Below are positions 10,556 to 21,882 of a stretch of DNA of 50,795 nucleotides, one piece after another (positions within the stretch are counted from its first letter, which is position 1; the number at the start of each line of letters is the position of its first letter). The notes beneath the pieces were generated by a model. That model ran no database searches. It saw only the letters and a list, made by a program, of their open reading frames with translations, and had not been told where the DNA came from. The position numbers and the translations under genes were made by a program. The stretch is taken from the NCBI GenBank assembly GCA_022014175.1, contig JAKLLR010000002.1:1-50795 (forward strand), read 5' to 3'. This DNA comes from Gammaproteobacteria bacterium. GTDB taxonomy: Bacteria > Pseudomonadota > Gammaproteobacteria > Immundisolibacterales > JAKLLR01.

Positions 10556-10894
10556 TCAGTGAACTTCGGATGCCAGGTTGATGGTGTATTTCGGTATTTC
10601 CACCACCAGGTCCTGGTCGTCCAGCACCGCCTGGCAGGCGAGGCGGGACTCGGGCTCCAGCCCCCAGGCTTTATCCAGCATGTCCTCCTCCTCCTCTTCA
10701 GGCGGATTCAGGGAGTCGCCCCCCTCTCGGACCACCACATGACAGGTGGTACAGGCGCAGGACTTCTCGCAGGCGTGTTCCAGCTCAATGCCGTTGGCCA
10801 GTGCGGCGTCGAGCACCGTGGTGCCGGCTTCGGCCTGGATTACATCACCTTCCGGGCAGAGCTCGTGATGGGGTAGAAAAATAACCTGGGGCAT
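10556..10894 (-). CDS. fdx: [2Fe-2S] ferredoxin of the ISC system
   Basis: 112 aa from ATG at 10894 (MPQVIFLPHHELCPEG), with adrenodoxin-type cysteines (CEKSCACTTCHV ... LACQ). The track ORF is over-extended into hscA. Confidence 0.92.
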   Translation of the reverse strand: MPQVIFLPHHELCPEGDVIQAEAGTTVLDAALANGIELEHACEKSCACTTCHVVVREGGDSLNPPEEEEEDMLDKAWGLEPESRLACQAVLDDQDLVVEIPKYTINLASEVH

Positions 10895-10895
10895 G

Positions 10896-12770
10896 TCAGA
10901 AGGTCTTGTTGATCTGTTCGACCGCGCGGCCGGAGAGGGCTGCGCGGATAGTATTGTCCATCCGTCGTGCGGCGAAGGCTTCAGTGACTTTGGCCAGCTG
11001 CTCAATCGCCTGCTTGATCTGTTGTAAATCATCACAACTGCTGGCCTGCTGTAGTCGTTCGATGGCCTGTTGGACCTGCGGAGCCTCTTCCGGAGTGAGC
11101 AGATCCCGGTCTTTGTCCAGGGCGCTATTAATCGCCAGGAGCAGGCCTTCAGCCTCCACCCGCTGCTCCCGCAGCAGTCGCTGTTGAACATCTTCCTCTG
11201 CGTAACTCAGAGAGTCTTTCAGCATCTGCTCGATCTCACCATCCTTGAGTCCGTAAGAGGGTTTAACATCCACATGGCTTTCGATGCCCTGGGTCTCTTC
11301 CCTAGCGGTGACGCTGAGAATGCCATCAGCATCAATCTGGAAGATGACCCGGATGCGGGCAGCCCCCGCCACCATCGGCGGAATGCCCCGCAGCTCAAAC
11401 CGGGCCAGCGAGCGGCAGTCATCCACCATCTCCCGTTCGCCCTGGACAACATGCAGGGCCATGGCGGTCTGGCCATCCTTGAAGGTGGTGAACTCCTGGG
11501 CTCGGGTCAGCGGCAGGGTGGCATTGCGGGGCACGATTTTCTCAACCAGACCACCCATGGTCTCAATGCCGAGGGAGAGGGGTGTGACGTCCAGCAGCAG
11601 CATGTCGCTCTCGGGTTTGTTGCCGACCAGGATATCCGCCTGCAGCGCAGCACCCAGGGCAACCACCCGGTCCGGGTCGATATCGACCAGCGGGTTGCGG
11701 CCAAAAAACTCACCTACCAACTGGCGCACTAAGGGCACCCGAGTGGCGCCGCCGACCATCACGACTTCGGTGATCTCTGCGGGCTCTATGGCCCCATCTC
11801 GCAGGGCTCGTCGGCAGGCCACCAGAGTGCGGCGCACCAGTTTTTCAATCAACGAGTCAAATTCGGTTCGGGTCAGTTGGCCTTGCCACAGGGTTCGGCC
11901 GTTATGGTGAAGCTGGATATCAGTTTCGGTTTTGCTGCTGAGGCTCTCTTTGGCTTTTACCGCAGCCCGTAGAATCATCTGCCGCTCACTGGCATCTGGG
12001 TTGCTCAGGCCAGACTGGCTCTGAATCCATCCCACCACCGCCTGGTCCATATCATCACCGCCCAGGGCGGTATCCCCGGCGGTAGCAATCACCTCAAAAA
12101 CGCCCTTGCTGAAGCGCAAGAGTGAAATGTCGAAGGTGCCGCCGCCCAGATCGTAAACGGCGTGGACACCCTCAGAGGCGCGATCCAGGCCGTAGGCGAT
12201 AGCTGCTGCGGTGGGTTCATTCAACAGCCTTAGAACTTTGAGCCCGGCTAGCTGTGCCGCGTCCCGGGTGGCTTGGCGCTGAGCATCGTCGAAATAGGCG
12301 GGTACCGTGAGCACGATGCCGCTGAGTTTGCCGCCGAGGGCCTGTTCTGCTCGCCGCCGCAGGACCTTCAATATTTCCCCCGAGACCTCCACCGGGCTGA
12401 CCGCACCGGCAGCGGTGAGAAGACGGGGTGTGGATTCGGTCTCATCCGCCAGGGCATAAGGGGTGTGGGCATCGGCGGCGATTTCATCATACCCCCGGCC
12501 CAGCAGTCGTTTTACCGACGCAATGGTGTTGGTGGGGTCCGTCACCCGGGCAGCGCGGGCCTCCCAACCCACCTGGGGTGGGTGATTCGCCCGGTAACGT
12601 ACGACTGATGGCAGCAGCTGTCGACCCTGGCTGTCTGGCAGGGCTTCGGCCTTGCCACTACGCAGGGTGGCGACCAGCGAGTGGGTGGTCCCGAGGTCTA
12701 TTCCCGCGGCCAGTCGGTGTTCGTGGGGCGCGGTGCTCTGCCCGGGTTCCGCAATCTGTAATAGGGCCAT
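10896..12770 (-). CDS. hscA: Fe-S protein assembly chaperone HscA (Hsp70 family)
   Basis: Hsp70 ATPase motifs ([22 protein letters not shown]). 624 aa; its stop lies 1 nt from the fdx ATG. Confidence 0.96.
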   Translation of the reverse strand: MALLQIAEPGQSTAPHEHRLAAGIDLGTTHSLVATLRSGKAEALPDSQGRQLLPSVVRYRANHPPQVGWEARAARVTDPTNTIASVKRLLGRGYDEIAADAHTPYALADETESTPRLLTAAGAVSPVEVSGEILKVLRRRAEQALGGKLSGIVLTVPAYFDDAQRQATRDAAQLAGLKVLRLLNEPTAAAIAYGLDRASEGVHAVYDLGGGTFDISLLRFSKGVFEVIATAGDTALGGDDMDQAVVGWIQSQSGLSNPDASERQMILRAAVKAKESLSSKTETDIQLHHNGRTLWQGQLTRTEFDSLIEKLVRRTLVACRRALRDGAIEPAEITEVVMVGGATRVPLVRQLVGEFFGRNPLVDIDPDRVVALGAALQADILVGNKPESDMLLLDVTPLSLGIETMGGLVEKIVPRNATLPLTRAQEFTTFKDGQTAMALHVVQGEREMVDDCRSLARFELRGIPPMVAGAARIRVIFQIDADGILSVTAREETQGIESHVDVKPSYGLKDGEIEQMLKDSLSYAEEDVQQRLLREQRVEAEGLLLAINSALDKDRDLLTPEEAPQVQQAIERLQQASSCDDLQQIKQAIEQLAKVTEAFAARRMDNTIRAALSGRAVEQINKTF

Positions 12771-12785
12771 CTCTTCCGTTCTATC

Positions 12786-13322
12786 CTAAAGCAGTTGCTC
12801 TTCCAGTTCCTCCGCCTCTTGGCGTAACTTGTCTAGGAACTGAAGTTCCCGGACCAGGTTGCTGGCCTGAGCCAGATTCGCCGGATCCAGACTGTTAAAT
12901 GTGTCAGCTAACCGCAGCTGTCGATTTTTGACCTGTTCCGCGAGCTGTTCCCGGAGCTGATCAAGCCGATCCAGCGGCTCACTCAGCTGTGGAATCTCTT
13001 CGAGGTTGGCCCGCAGGGTCATCTGCTGCTCCAGAAAAGCAGTGTCCATTTTGCGGTCCGCTGTTGCCGGATCATACCCATTCAGCTCCAGCAGGTACTG
13101 CCCCCGGCTCACCGGGTCTTTCAGGGTCCGGTAGGCGTCGTTTGCCTGAGTGGCCAGCTGCATGGATGCCCGGCGCTCCGCTGGATCCGCCTGTGCAAAC
13201 CGATCCGGGTGGACCTGGGCCTGTAGCCGCCGGTAATTTTCCGCCAGCTGCTCTATCTCCAGGTCGTAACGCCTGGGGACGTCCAGCAGATCGAAATAGT
13301 TGGGGTGCGCTCTGTCCTGCAC
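12786..13322 (-). CDS. hscB: Fe-S protein assembly co-chaperone HscB (J-domain)
   Basis: J domain with HPD (LQAQVHPDRF) plus a C-terminal helical domain; sits between iscA and hscA. Confidence 0.9.
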   Translation of the reverse strand: MQDRAHPNYFDLLDVPRRYDLEIEQLAENYRRLQAQVHPDRFAQADPAERRASMQLATQANDAYRTLKDPVSRGQYLLELNGYDPATADRKMDTAFLEQQMTLRANLEEIPQLSEPLDRLDQLREQLAEQVKNRQLRLADTFNSLDPANLAQASNLVRELQFLDKLRQEAEELEEQLL

Positions 13323-13349
13323 CTGCGTACTGCTCCCGGCGGACCGCCT

Positions 13350-13673
13350 TTAGACGGTAAAGCTTTCGCCGCAGCCGCAGCTGTCTTTCACGTTCGGATT
13401 GTTGAAGGCGAACCCTTCGTTGACACCTTCCTTGACGAAGTCGAGTTCTGTCCCCTGCAGATAGAGCAGGCTCTTGGGATCAACCACAATGGTCACGCCA
13501 CGCTCCTTAAACTGGATATCTTCGGGCTCAGCGGCGTCGATGAATTCCAGTACGTAGGCCAGCCCGGAGCAGCCGGAGGTTCTTACGCCCAGGCGGACAC
13601 CGATACCTTTCTGGCGATTATTCAGAAAGTCCCTGACCCGCTCGGCCGCAGTTTCAGTGATGCTGATTGACAC
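13350..13673 (-). CDS. iscA: Iron-sulfur cluster insertion protein IscA (A-type carrier)
   Basis: 107 aa with a Cys in GCSGLAY and the C-terminal CGCGESF motif. Confidence 0.93.
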   Translation of the reverse strand: MSISITETAAERVRDFLNNRQKGIGVRLGVRTSGCSGLAYVLEFIDAAEPEDIQFKERGVTIVVDPKSLLYLQGTELDFVKEGVNEGFAFNNPNVKDSCGCGESFTV

Positions 13674-13684
13674 GGTTGTCCCCG

Positions 13685-14098
13685 TTAGCCCTGGCTGACC
13701 GCAGCCTCTGGCTGAGTGGCGCCATGTTTTTCGCGATAGTCTGCAATCGCCGCTTTGATGGCGTCTTCGGCCAGCACCGAACAGTGAATCTTCACCGGTG
13801 GCAGGGCCAGTTCCTCGGCGATATCCGAATTGCGGATCTTGGTGGCCTGGTCCAGGTTTTTACCTTTGACCAGCTCGGTCAGCAGTGAGCTGGAGGCGAT
13901 GGCAGAGCCACAGCCATAGGTCTTGAACCGGGCGTCTTCAATCACGCCGTCGTCGTTGACCTTGATCTGAAGCTTCATGACATCGCCACAGGCCGGGGCG
14001 CCGACCATGCCGGTGCCGACGGAGTCGTCGCCCTTGTCAAAGGAGCCGACATTGCGGGGATTGTTGTAGTGGTCCAGGACTTTGTCGCTGTATGCCAT
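13685..14098 (-). CDS. iscU: Fe-S cluster assembly scaffold IscU
   Basis: [20 protein letters not shown] and LPPVKIHCS motifs. Confidence 0.97.
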   Translation of the reverse strand: MAYSDKVLDHYNNPRNVGSFDKGDDSVGTGMVGAPACGDVMKLQIKVNDDGVIEDARFKTYGCGSAIASSSLLTELVKGKNLDQATKIRNSDIAEELALPPVKIHCSVLAEDAIKAAIADYREKHGATQPEAAVSQG

Positions 14099-14154
14099 GA
14101 TTTTTCTCCTTGGAGCCGCCTATTTTAGCAAAGGGCGGGCTGGTTAATGAGTGT

Positions 14155-15369
14155 TTAGTGAGCGGCCCACTGGACCGTGCTGAGATCGACGCCATCCTGA
14201 AACATTTCCCAGAGGGGTGAGAGCTCCCGCAGTTTATTGACTGCGTGCACGATTTTGTCGATGGCGTAGTCGATCTCTTCGGCGGTGGTGAAACGGCCGA
14301 TGGAGAGGCGGATGGAGCTGTGGGCCAACTCGTCTTCCCGGCCCAGGGCTCGCAGCACGTAAGAGGGTTCCAGCGAGGCGGAGGTACAGGCCGAGCCTGA
14401 AGAGACCGCCAGATCGCTGATTGACATCACCAGCGACTCCCCTTCTACAAAGGAGAATGAGATGTTCAGGTTGCCGGCTACACGGTGATCCAGACTGCCG
14501 TTGATGTAAATCTCTTCTAGCTGGGACAATCCGGTTAACAACCGATTACGCAGGGTCAGAATTCGCTGGCTCTCCTCGGCCATCTCTTCCCGGGCGATCC
14601 GGCAGGCTTCACCCATGCCGACGATCTGATGGGTGGGTAGAGTGCCGGATCGCATGCCCCGCTCATGTCCGCCACCATGCATCTGGGCCTCAATCCGAAC
14701 CCGTGGCTTGCGCCGTACGTAGAGTGCGCCAATGCCTTTGGGGCCATAGAGTTTGTGAGCGGAGAGGCTGAGCAGGTCGATCTTCATAGCATCGACATCA
14801 ATCTCGACTTTACCGCCGCTCTGGGCCGCATCAACGTGCAGCAGAACCCCTTTTTCTCTACAGAGGGTACCGATTGCAGCGATGTCCTGAATGACACCGA
14901 TTTCATTGTTCACGTGCATGATTGAAACCAGCACCGTGTCCGGTCGCAGTGCCGCTTCGAGATCCGCCATTGCGATCAGTCCATCCGGCTGCGGGTCCAG
15001 GTAGGTGGCTTCGAATCCCTCCCGCTCCAGCTGGCGGAAGGTGTCCAGCACCGCTTTGTGTTCGGTTTTGCTGGTGATGATGTGCTGACCTTTCTTGCGG
15101 TAGAAGTGGGCGGCACCTTTGATCCCAAGATTGTCGGATTCGGTCGCGCCTGAAGTCCAGACAATCTCTTTCGGATCGGCCTTGATCAGGTCTGCCACCT
15201 GCTGGCGTGCCAACTCCACCGCCTCTTCTGCGGCCCAGCCGAAGGCGTGGGAGCGGGAGGCGGGATTGCCGAAACAGCCATCTGTGGTCAGATAATGGGC
15301 CATTGTCTCCGCCACCCGGGGGTCTACCGGTGTCGTGGCGGCGTAGTCAAGGTAAATAGGAGTTTTCAT
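14155..15369 (-). CDS. iscS: Cysteine desulfurase IscS
   Basis: PLP lysine motif [10 protein letters not shown] and catalytic Cys loop SSGSACTS. Start taken at ATG 15369 ([14 protein letters not shown]); the track ORF extends 13 codons further. Confidence 0.96.
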   Translation of the reverse strand: MKTPIYLDYAATTPVDPRVAETMAHYLTTDGCFGNPASRSHAFGWAAEEAVELARQQVADLIKADPKEIVWTSGATESDNLGIKGAAHFYRKKGQHIITSKTEHKAVLDTFRQLEREGFEATYLDPQPDGLIAMADLEAALRPDTVLVSIMHVNNEIGVIQDIAAIGTLCREKGVLLHVDAAQSGGKVEIDVDAMKIDLLSLSAHKLYGPKGIGALYVRRKPRVRIEAQMHGGGHERGMRSGTLPTHQIVGMGEACRIAREEMAEESQRILTLRNRLLTGLSQLEEIYINGSLDHRVAGNLNISFSFVEGESLVMSISDLAVSSGSACTSASLEPSYVLRALGREDELAHSSIRLSIGRFTTAEEIDYAIDKIVHAVNKLRELSPLWEMFQDGVDLSTVQWAAH

Positions 15370-15397
15370 ATCAATTCCAGGGTGTGCCTTGGGGCGG

Positions 15398-15868
15398 TTA
15401 AATCTCAAACGCCGCCGCGAGGGCTGCTCTGTTCCTGTTTGCTATGGACTGGCTGTTGCCGGCGGCCCGCTTTTCCACCAGTTCGCCCAGCGAGATATCG
15501 CTCAGAAAACTGTAGATCTGGTCGCTAAGATCCTGCCAGAGGTCGTGGGTCAGGCAGGCCTGATTCTCGCCCCGGCAGTTGCGTTGACCGTTGCAGCCGG
15601 TCGAGTCAACCCGTTCATCCACCGAGGTCACAACGTCCACCACGGAGATCTTGTCGGCCGGTTTGGCCAGGGTATAACCGCCGCCGGGGCCTCTTGAACT
15701 CTTCACCAGTTCAGATTTTCTCAGCCGGGAGAAGAGTTGCTCCAGGTAGGAGAGAGAGATGCCCTGACGGCTGGAAATGCCAGCGAGGGTAACCGGCCCC
15801 TCTCCAGCATGGAGAGCGAGGTCCAGCATCGCGGTGACAGCATATCGTGCTTTGGTGGTCAGTCTCAT
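15398..15868 (-). CDS. iscR: Fe-S cluster-sensing transcriptional regulator IscR (Rrf2 family)
   Basis: [18 protein letters not shown] winged-helix N-terminus, three-Cys cluster region ([21 protein letters not shown]), first gene of the isc operon. Confidence 0.92.
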   Translation of the reverse strand: MRLTTKARYAVTAMLDLALHAGEGPVTLAGISSRQGISLSYLEQLFSRLRKSELVKSSRGPGGGYTLAKPADKISVVDVVTSVDERVDSTGCNGQRNCRGENQACLTHDLWQDLSDQIYSFLSDISLGELVEKRAAGNSQSIANRNRAALAAAFEI

Positions 15869-15883
15869 AGTGATTCATCCGCT

Positions 15884-15947
15884 GTATGGATAATAACCAA
15901 CTGTAACGCTAGGTTATTATCCATACCCGACTGTTTTGGTCAAGTAT
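15884..15947 (-). promoter_or_regulatory. iscR promoter/operator: type-1 IscR box overlapping the -35, plus a perfect 15-bp inverted repeat over the -10 and early leader
   Basis: 15923-15947 reads ATACCCGACTGTTTTGGTCAAGTAT. This matches the E. coli type-1 IscR consensus, as I recall it (ATASYYGACTRWWWYAGTCRRSTAT), at 24 of 25 positions. On the minus strand, TTGACC (15943-15938), a 16-nt spacer and GATAAT (15921-15916) form a sigma70-like promoter. GTATGGATAATAACC (15884-15898) and GGTTATTATCCATAC (15912-15926) are exact reverse complements. Confidence 0.7.
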
Positions 15948-15962
15948 AGTTGCAAAACTTAA

Positions 15963-16673
15963 TTAATCGTCAGGGCTTTCGCTGGTGTCGGGGCGAATGC
16001 TGGCGGGGGTCTCCAGGGAGTTAAGCCGCTCCTCTATTTTTGCCACATGGTCGAGCAGGCTTTCGATGGCGTTGCTGACAGGATCAGGCATCTCTTCCAG
16101 CTGTCCGTAAGCTGCAAAGCCGATCTTTTCCGCCATCTCCCGGCGGCGATCCTCTTTGGAGCGGGTACCGATGACCCGGGCCGGTATGCCGACAACGGTA
16201 GCCCCCGGGGGCACTGTCCTGACGACCACCGAGTTTGAGCCGATACGGGCGCCGGCCCCCACCGTGATTGGCCCAAGTACTTTGGCCCCGGCACCGATCA
16301 CAACCCCATCCTCAAGGGTGGGGTGGCGTTTCCCTTTATCCCAGCTGGTGCCGCCCAGGGTCACCCCGTGGTAGAGGGTGCAGTCATCACCCACTTCTGC
16401 GGTTTCCCCGATCACCACACCCATGCCATGGTCGATAAAAAAACGGCGTCCAATGCGTGCCCCCGGGTGGATCTCAATGCCGGTCAGCCAGCGGCTGACG
16501 TGGGCAAAAAAACGGGCTAGCCAGCGCAGGTGCCAGCGCCAGAGCCGATGGTTCACACGGTGAAACAGCAGCGCGTGCAGGCCGGGGTAGGTGGTCAACA
16601 CCTCGAGCCAGTGGCGGGCGGCGGGGTCCCGGGCAAATACGCTGCCGATGTCTTCCCTTAATCGATTGAACAT
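15963..16673 (-). CDS. cysE: Serine O-acetyltransferase
   Basis: Left-handed beta-helix hexapeptide repeats ([41 protein letters not shown]) and the conserved trmJ-cysE-iscR context. Confidence 0.9.
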   Translation of the reverse strand: MFNRLREDIGSVFARDPAARHWLEVLTTYPGLHALLFHRVNHRLWRWHLRWLARFFAHVSRWLTGIEIHPGARIGRRFFIDHGMGVVIGETAEVGDDCTLYHGVTLGGTSWDKGKRHPTLEDGVVIGAGAKVLGPITVGAGARIGSNSVVVRTVPPGATVVGIPARVIGTRSKEDRRREMAEKIGFAAYGQLEEMPDPVSNAIESLLDHVAKIEERLNSLETPASIRPDTSESPDD

Positions 16674-16681
16674 GTTTCCTT

Positions 16682-17419
16682 TCAGTCCGGTTTTTGTCCG
16701 GTACGATCCACGGCACTCAACATGCCGCGCATGATAGCGACCTCCTCGCTATCCGGTTGCGCCCGGCTCAGCAGCCGCCGCAGTCGTCGCATCAGCAGAC
16801 GTGGATTCTGGGGATTGAGGAAGCTGAGGTCGGTCAGGGTCTTCTCCATATGTCGGTAGAGCTGCTCCAGTTCTATGGTTGGGGCTGGCAGGTGGTCAGT
16901 ATAGGTGTTGGGGTGGTTGCTCCGTAGCCCCTGGTTGCGTAATTCGTAGCTCAGAACTTGCACTGCGGCAGCTAGGTTGAGGGAGCTGAAATCAGCTGCA
17001 ACCGGAATGTGCAGAAGTAACTGGCAGAGATCGAGTTCTTCGTTACTCAGCCCCGAATTCTCCCGTCCAAACACTGCGGCAACCGGGTGGTTCGACGCCA
17101 GCGAGAGCAGTTCAGTTGCGGCGCCGGCGGGGTCCATGGTGCCCAAGCTGAGCCGCCGCGGTCGGGCGCTGGTGCCGACAGTTAACACGCAGTCACCCAC
17201 AGCCTCCGCAAGGGTGTCGACGACCCGGGCCTCGGCCAGCAGGTTGTCTGCCCCGGCGGCTCTGACGCTGGCATCGCCATGGGGAAACTGTTTCGGATTC
17301 ACCAGCCACAGCTTGGACAGGCCCATGTTTTTCATCGCCCGGGCAGCGCCGCCGATATTGCCTGGGTGGCTGGTCTCAACCAGCACAATACGGATATTTT
17401 TGAGTCTTGGGTCGTCCAT
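16682..17419 (-). CDS. trmJ: tRNA (cytidine/uridine-2'-O)-methyltransferase TrmJ (SpoU family)
   Basis: [26 protein letters not shown] motif. ATG at 17419 is preferred over the GTG at 17449 used by the track. Confidence 0.85.
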   Translation of the reverse strand: MDDPRLKNIRIVLVETSHPGNIGGAARAMKNMGLSKLWLVNPKQFPHGDASVRAAGADNLLAEARVVDTLAEAVGDCVLTVGTSARPRRLSLGTMDPAGAATELLSLASNHPVAAVFGRENSGLSNEELDLCQLLLHIPVAADFSSLNLAAAVQVLSYELRNQGLRSNHPNTYTDHLPAPTIELEQLYRHMEKTLTDLSFLNPQNPRLLMRRLRRLLSRAQPDSEEVAIMRGMLSAVDRTGQKPD

Positions 17420-17653
17420 GGCTCTGGGGCTTTTTTCAGGGGGTGCCACGGTACCAGAATGTTGTGATCACCCCTAGAGGCGGGGGGACTCCGATTCACC
17501 ACCAGGTTGGCCGGTGGACCACTTCGATTTGCCACCGTCGCCGCCGCCCGGCGTACAATGCGGTTCAGGGTCAATCGCGCTCTGTGTCGACCGGAATGGT
17601 GGCCGCTAGCCCTCGTTTCGCCTGATTAGTTCACTCCGTTTGAGGATTGTCTG

Positions 17654-18448
17654 TTGAGTTCCTTCGTAACTATTGCCAGCCGTGCAGCCCGCGCCGCCGG
17701 AGAGATTATCGTTCATGGTGCCCGTGATCTGCACCGTGTTCAGAGCCGTAGCAAGGGCGACCGGGATCTGGTCAGCGAGGTCGATCTGCGGGCGGAAGCG
17801 CGGATTGTGGAGATACTTGGAGAGGCCTTTCCCGAACATGGTATTCGGGGAGAAGAAGGCACAGCCCGAGCACCGGGTGGCAGCCAGGCAGAGTGGTTGG
17901 TTGATCCCCTGGATGGCACCCGCAATTTTCTGCATGGTTATCCCTTCTACTGTGTCTCCATTGCGTTGCTGGATCAGGGTCGAATCGAGTGCGGGGTGGT
18001 TTATGATCCCTTGCGTGGCGAGTTGTTTGAAGCGACACGTGGCCGGGGGGCCAAGCTGAATGACCACCGTATCCGGGTGGGGGAGTCGAATACTCTGGCC
18101 GAGGCATTGATCTCTACCGGGTCACCCCCTGTGAGCGTCAAAACTGCCCGAGCCATGGGTAATGCGCTGTTAGGACTGCACTGTAGTGCCGCTGGCGTTC
18201 GTCAGTCTGGTTCATCCGCCCTCGATCTGGCCCACCTGGCTGCGGGTCGAGTCAATGGTTTTGTGCACTTCGGTCTGCAACCCTGGGACAGTGCTGCCGG
18301 TGCCCTGCTGGTTCAGGAGGCGGGTGGTCTGGTGACGGATTTTCACGGCGGCCCCGGGTTTCTTGAGAGCGGAGAGCTGGTGGCGGCCAGCCCCCGGATC
18401 TCCCGGCTACTGCTCGCCAGCCTTGGTGAAAATCTGCCTGCTGCCTGA
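17654..18448 (+). CDS. suhB: Inositol-1-monophosphatase family protein SuhB
   Basis: IMPase motifs ([18 protein letters not shown]), divergent from trmJ as in Pseudomonas. Apparent TTG start at 17654. Confidence 0.88.
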   Translation: MSSFVTIASRAARAAGEIIVHGARDLHRVQSRSKGDRDLVSEVDLRAEARIVEILGEAFPEHGIRGEEGTARAPGGSQAEWLVDPLDGTRNFLHGYPFYCVSIALLDQGRIECGVVYDPLRGELFEATRGRGAKLNDHRIRVGESNTLAEALISTGSPPVSVKTARAMGNALLGLHCSAAGVRQSGSSALDLAHLAAGRVNGFVHFGLQPWDSAAGALLVQEAGGLVTDFHGGPGFLESGELVAASPRISRLLLASLGENLPAA

Positions 18449-18464
18449 TCGGAGACGGTGCGCC

Positions 18465-21035
18465 ATGGTCAGTAGCGACAGTTCAGGGCAGACGCCGATG
18501 ATGCAGCAGTATCTGCGGATCAAGGCGGAGCATCCGGACCTGCTGCTGTTCTATCGGATGGGGGATTTCTACGAGCTGTTTTTTGATGATGCCCGCAAGG
18601 CTGCAGGTCTGCTCGATATCGCCCTGACCAGTCGCGGCAAATCCGGTGGCCAGCCGATCCCCATGTGCGGAGTGCCCGTGCACGCGGCAGACAACTACCT
18701 GGCCCGTTTGGTGCGGCAGGGGGAGTCAGTGGCGATCTGCGAGCAGATTGGCGATCCGGCCACCAGTAAGGGACCCGTCGAAAGGGCGGTGGCGCGGGTG
18801 GTTACCCCTGGCACTCTGACTGAAGAGGCGCTGCTGGATGAGCGGCGAGACAGCCTGCTCTGTGCGGTCGCAGTTTTGCCGACCGGGTTTGGCATTGCCA
18901 CCCTGGACCATAGCGCCGGTCGCTTTGTGGCGCTGGCCGTGGCGGATGAAGAGACCCTGGCGGCGGAGCTGGCTCGGCTCAACCCGATTGAGCTGCTGGT
19001 CAGTGAGGCCGATGCCGAAGCCAACTGGTGTCGGGGCCGTTCGACCTTGAGAGCCCGGCCGTCCTGGGATTTTGATCCGGAGAGTGCGGAACGGCTGCTG
19101 TGTGCCCATTTTGGCACCCGCGATCTCGCCGGTTTTGGCCTGGAGGGAGAGAGTCTAATCATCGCGGCCGCAGGCGCCCTGTTGCAGTACCTGCAGCAGA
19201 CCCAGCGTAGCGAACTGCCCCATATTCGCCGGCTGCAGCTGGAGCAGCCCGGCGAGAGTCTGATGATGGATCCCGCCACCCGACGGAATCTGGAGCTCGA
19301 TAGCGGGATTTCCGGACAGGATCAACACACCCTTTGCGGTGTGATGGACCACACCGCCACGGCCATGGGAGGGCGTCTGTTGCGGCGTTGGATTAGCCGC
19401 CCGATCCGGAGTCTTGCCCTACTGACAGAGCGGCATCATGCGGTGGCGGTGCTGAAGGAAGATCTCGCCTGTGAACCGGTGCAGCGGGTGTTGCGTCAGA
19501 TTGGTGATGTTGAGCGAATACTCTCCCGTATCGCCCTGGGGAGTGCCCGCCCCCGGGATCTGGTTGGTCTGCGGCGGGCGTTGGATCTGTTGCCGACCCT
19601 GCATCAGACGATCGCGGAACTGGAGAGTCCGCTGCTAAGTGATCTGCGCCAGCGTCTTGGGGCATTTCCGGAGCAGGTGGCGCTGTTGCAGCGGGCGGTG
19701 GCTGAGGAGCCCCCGGTGCTGGTGCGGGAGGGTGGCGTTATCGCCCCCGGCTACAGCGCCGAGCTGGACGAACTGCGGTCAATGCAATCCGATGCCGGAT
19801 CATTGCTTCAGGCTCTTGAACAGCGGGAGCGGGAGATGACCGGTATCACCGCTCTGAAGGTGGGGTACAACCGGGTGCACGGTTACTTCATCGAGGTGAG
19901 TCGGCTGCAGAGTGAACGGGTGCCGGAGCGCTATCAGCGGCGGCAATCCCTGAAGAATGCCGAACGTTATATCACCCCGGAGCTAAAGACTTTTGAGGAG
20001 AGGGCCCTGAGTGCCCGGGAGAGAGCCCTGGCCCTTGAAAAAGCACTCTATGAGCAGCTGCTGGAGACGCTGGCGGAGTCTGTTGGTCCCCTGCAGACTT
20101 CCGCTGTGGCCATCGCTGAACTTGATGTGCTGGCCAATTTTGCGGAACGGGCGGAGCGGCTCAACCTCAATCGACCGGTCTTGACCGAGAGCCCGGGCAT
20201 CTTGATCGAAGCGGGCCGCCATCCGGTGATCGAGCCGAGCAGTGACGGACCCTTTGTGCCCAACGATCTGCATCTGTATCCGGGATTGCATATGCTGATA
20301 ATCACCGGGCCGAACATGGGCGGAAAGTCCACCTATATGCGCCAGACGGCGCTGATCGTGCTGCTCGCCTATGTGGGCAGTTTCGTGCCTGCCCGTCGTG
20401 CTGTGATCGGCCCGGTGGATCGAATATTTACCCGCATCGGTGCGGCGGATGACATCGCCGGTGGCCGGTCCACCTTCATGGTGGAGATGACCGAAACCGC
20501 CAATATCCTGCACAACGCGACCGCCGAGAGTCTGGTGCTGCTGGATGAGCTTGGCCGCGGCACCAGCACCTTTGATGGTCTGGCTCTGGCCTGGTCCACC
20601 GCCATGGAGCTGGCCCAGCGGATTCGTGCCTACACCCTGTTTGCGACCCACTATTTTGAACTCACCACCCTGCCGGAGGAGGCTGAGGGTGCGGCTAACG
20701 TTCATCTCGAAGCGGTGGAGCATGGCGGGGGCGTGGTGTTTATGCACAGGGTTAGCCCGGGCCCCGCCAGCCAGAGCTATGGCCTGGCAGTGGCGGCCCT
20801 GGCGGGGGTTCCGGATGGGGTGATTGGCCGGGCCAAACTCCGTTTGCGGGAGCTGGAGGAGGCCAATCAACTACATCTTGCAGAGTCCCCTGAACGGGTT
20901 CAGATTGATCTTTTCGCGGAGGCGGAGCAGCTGCGGTTGATTGAACAGCTCAAAGCGCTGGATCTGGACAATCTGACTCCCCGGCAGGCACTGCAACAGC
21001 TCTACGATCTGCGGCAGCAGGCCCGGGAGACCTGA
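18465..21035 (+). CDS. mutS: DNA mismatch repair protein MutS
   Basis: [16 protein letters not shown] and [11 protein letters not shown] mismatch-binding N-terminus, Walker [24 protein letters not shown]. Start taken at ATG 18465; the track ORF begins upstream inside suhB. Confidence 0.97.
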   Translation: MVSSDSSGQTPMMQQYLRIKAEHPDLLLFYRMGDFYELFFDDARKAAGLLDIALTSRGKSGGQPIPMCGVPVHAADNYLARLVRQGESVAICEQIGDPATSKGPVERAVARVVTPGTLTEEALLDERRDSLLCAVAVLPTGFGIATLDHSAGRFVALAVADEETLAAELARLNPIELLVSEADAEANWCRGRSTLRARPSWDFDPESAERLLCAHFGTRDLAGFGLEGESLIIAAAGALLQYLQQTQRSELPHIRRLQLEQPGESLMMDPATRRNLELDSGISGQDQHTLCGVMDHTATAMGGRLLRRWISRPIRSLALLTERHHAVAVLKEDLACEPVQRVLRQIGDVERILSRIALGSARPRDLVGLRRALDLLPTLHQTIAELESPLLSDLRQRLGAFPEQVALLQRAVAEEPPVLVREGGVIAPGYSAELDELRSMQSDAGSLLQALEQREREMTGITALKVGYNRVHGYFIEVSRLQSERVPERYQRRQSLKNAERYITPELKTFEERALSARERALALEKALYEQLLETLAESVGPLQTSAVAIAELDVLANFAERAERLNLNRPVLTESPGILIEAGRHPVIEPSSDGPFVPNDLHLYPGLHMLIITGPNMGGKSTYMRQTALIVLLAYVGSFVPARRAVIGPVDRIFTRIGAADDIAGGRSTFMVEMTETANILHNATAESLVLLDELGRGTSTFDGLALAWSTAMELAQRIRAYTLFATHYFELTTLPEEAEGAANVHLEAVEHGGGVVFMHRVSPGPASQSYGLAVAALAGVPDGVIGRAKLRLRELEEANQLHLAESPERVQIDLFAEAEQLRLIEQLKALDLDNLTPRQALQQLYDLRQQARET

Positions 21036-21093
21036 AGATTTTGGGGTGCTCTGGTATTATCCCCGCCCATTTTTCTGATCGAGGAAACCGAAG

Positions 21094-21417
21094 ATGACGT
21101 TCGTGGTGACTGAAGCCTGCATAAAATGCAAGTACACCGATTGTGTTGAAGTCTGTCCGGTGGATTGCTTTCACGAAGGTCCAAATTTCCTGGTGATCGA
21201 CCCCGAAGAGTGCATTGACTGCACACTCTGTGTGCCCGAATGCCCGGTTGAGGCGATTTACGACGAAGCAGATGTGCCGGATGGTCAGTCCCATTTCACC
21301 GAAATGAACGAGGAACTGGCGAAACTCTGGCCGACCATCACCGAGATGAAGGCAGCGCCGGACGATGCGGATGAGTGGGCCAAGGTCAGTGACAAGCTGA
21401 AACTGCTGGAACGCTAG
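21094..21417 (+). CDS. fdxA: 7Fe ferredoxin (Azotobacter-type [3Fe-4S][4Fe-4S] FdxA)
   Basis: [26 protein letters not shown] and [12 protein letters not shown] cysteine motifs. 107 aa, directly after mutS as in pseudomonads. Confidence 0.93.
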   Translation: MTFVVTEACIKCKYTDCVEVCPVDCFHEGPNFLVIDPEECIDCTLCVPECPVEAIYDEADVPDGQSHFTEMNEELAKLWPTITEMKAAPDDADEWAKVSDKLKLLER

Positions 21418-21882
21418 GTGATGCTCCCGGCAGTCGTTCTGGGCATTCACCTGCTGGCGGCCATGTTCTGGGTTGGTGGATTACTGTTTGCCTATTTGAT
21501 TGTTCGTCCCGCAGTCCAGGGCATTATTGATCCGGAGACGCGATTTCAGCTCTGGCTGACGCTGTTTTCCCGGTTTTTGCCCATGGTTTGGGTCGCGATT
21601 GGAGTTTTGTTTGGCAGCGGCCTCTGGCTCACCTATGCAGTCTATGGTGGCTTTGGTGGCGTGGGTCCTGCAATCCACACCATGATTGTCAGCGGCGTTC
21701 TGATGACTTTGCTGTTCGCCTATCTCTTTGTCGTGCTCTACCCCGGATTACGGCGGTCAGTGGTCATCACCGATTTTGCTGCCGCGGCTGGATACCTGGC
21801 CGGGATTCGACGAATCGTCGCCATCAACTCGCTGTTGGGGCTGTTTACAGTCTGTCTGGGTGCCGTAGCCCGCTATGTCTGA
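21418..21882 (+). CDS. Integral membrane protein, about 4 TM, CopD/HemJ-like N-terminal H..A..W.GG motif; function unknown
   Basis: Hydrophobic 154-aa ORF (GIHLLAAMFWVGGLLF...). It begins immediately after the fdxA TAG (GTG 21418 or ATG 21421) and overlaps the next gene by 8 nt. Confidence 0.5.
   Translation: MMLPAVVLGIHLLAAMFWVGGLLFAYLIVRPAVQGIIDPETRFQLWLTLFSRFLPMVWVAIGVLFGSGLWLTYAVYGGFGGVGPAIHTMIVSGVLMTLLFAYLFVVLYPGLRRSVVITDFAAAAGYLAGIRRIVAINSLLGLFTVCLGAVARYV

Noticed and set aside
10895-11191. N-terminal extension of the fdx ORF
   Set aside because: It overlaps the 3' end of hscA. ISC ferredoxins are about 110 aa, and ATG 10894 gives exactly that.
19983-20870. 295-aa antisense ORF inside mutS. 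Similar long ORFs occur antisense to or out of frame with bamB/yfgM (3711-4577), the Rieske gene (33209-33922), mscS (43976-44728) and other genes.
   Set aside because: This is typical of high-GC DNA, where the strand opposite a real gene is depleted in stop codons. The translations are Arg/Gly/His/Pro-rich with no recognisable motifs, and the sense-strand genes are unambiguous.
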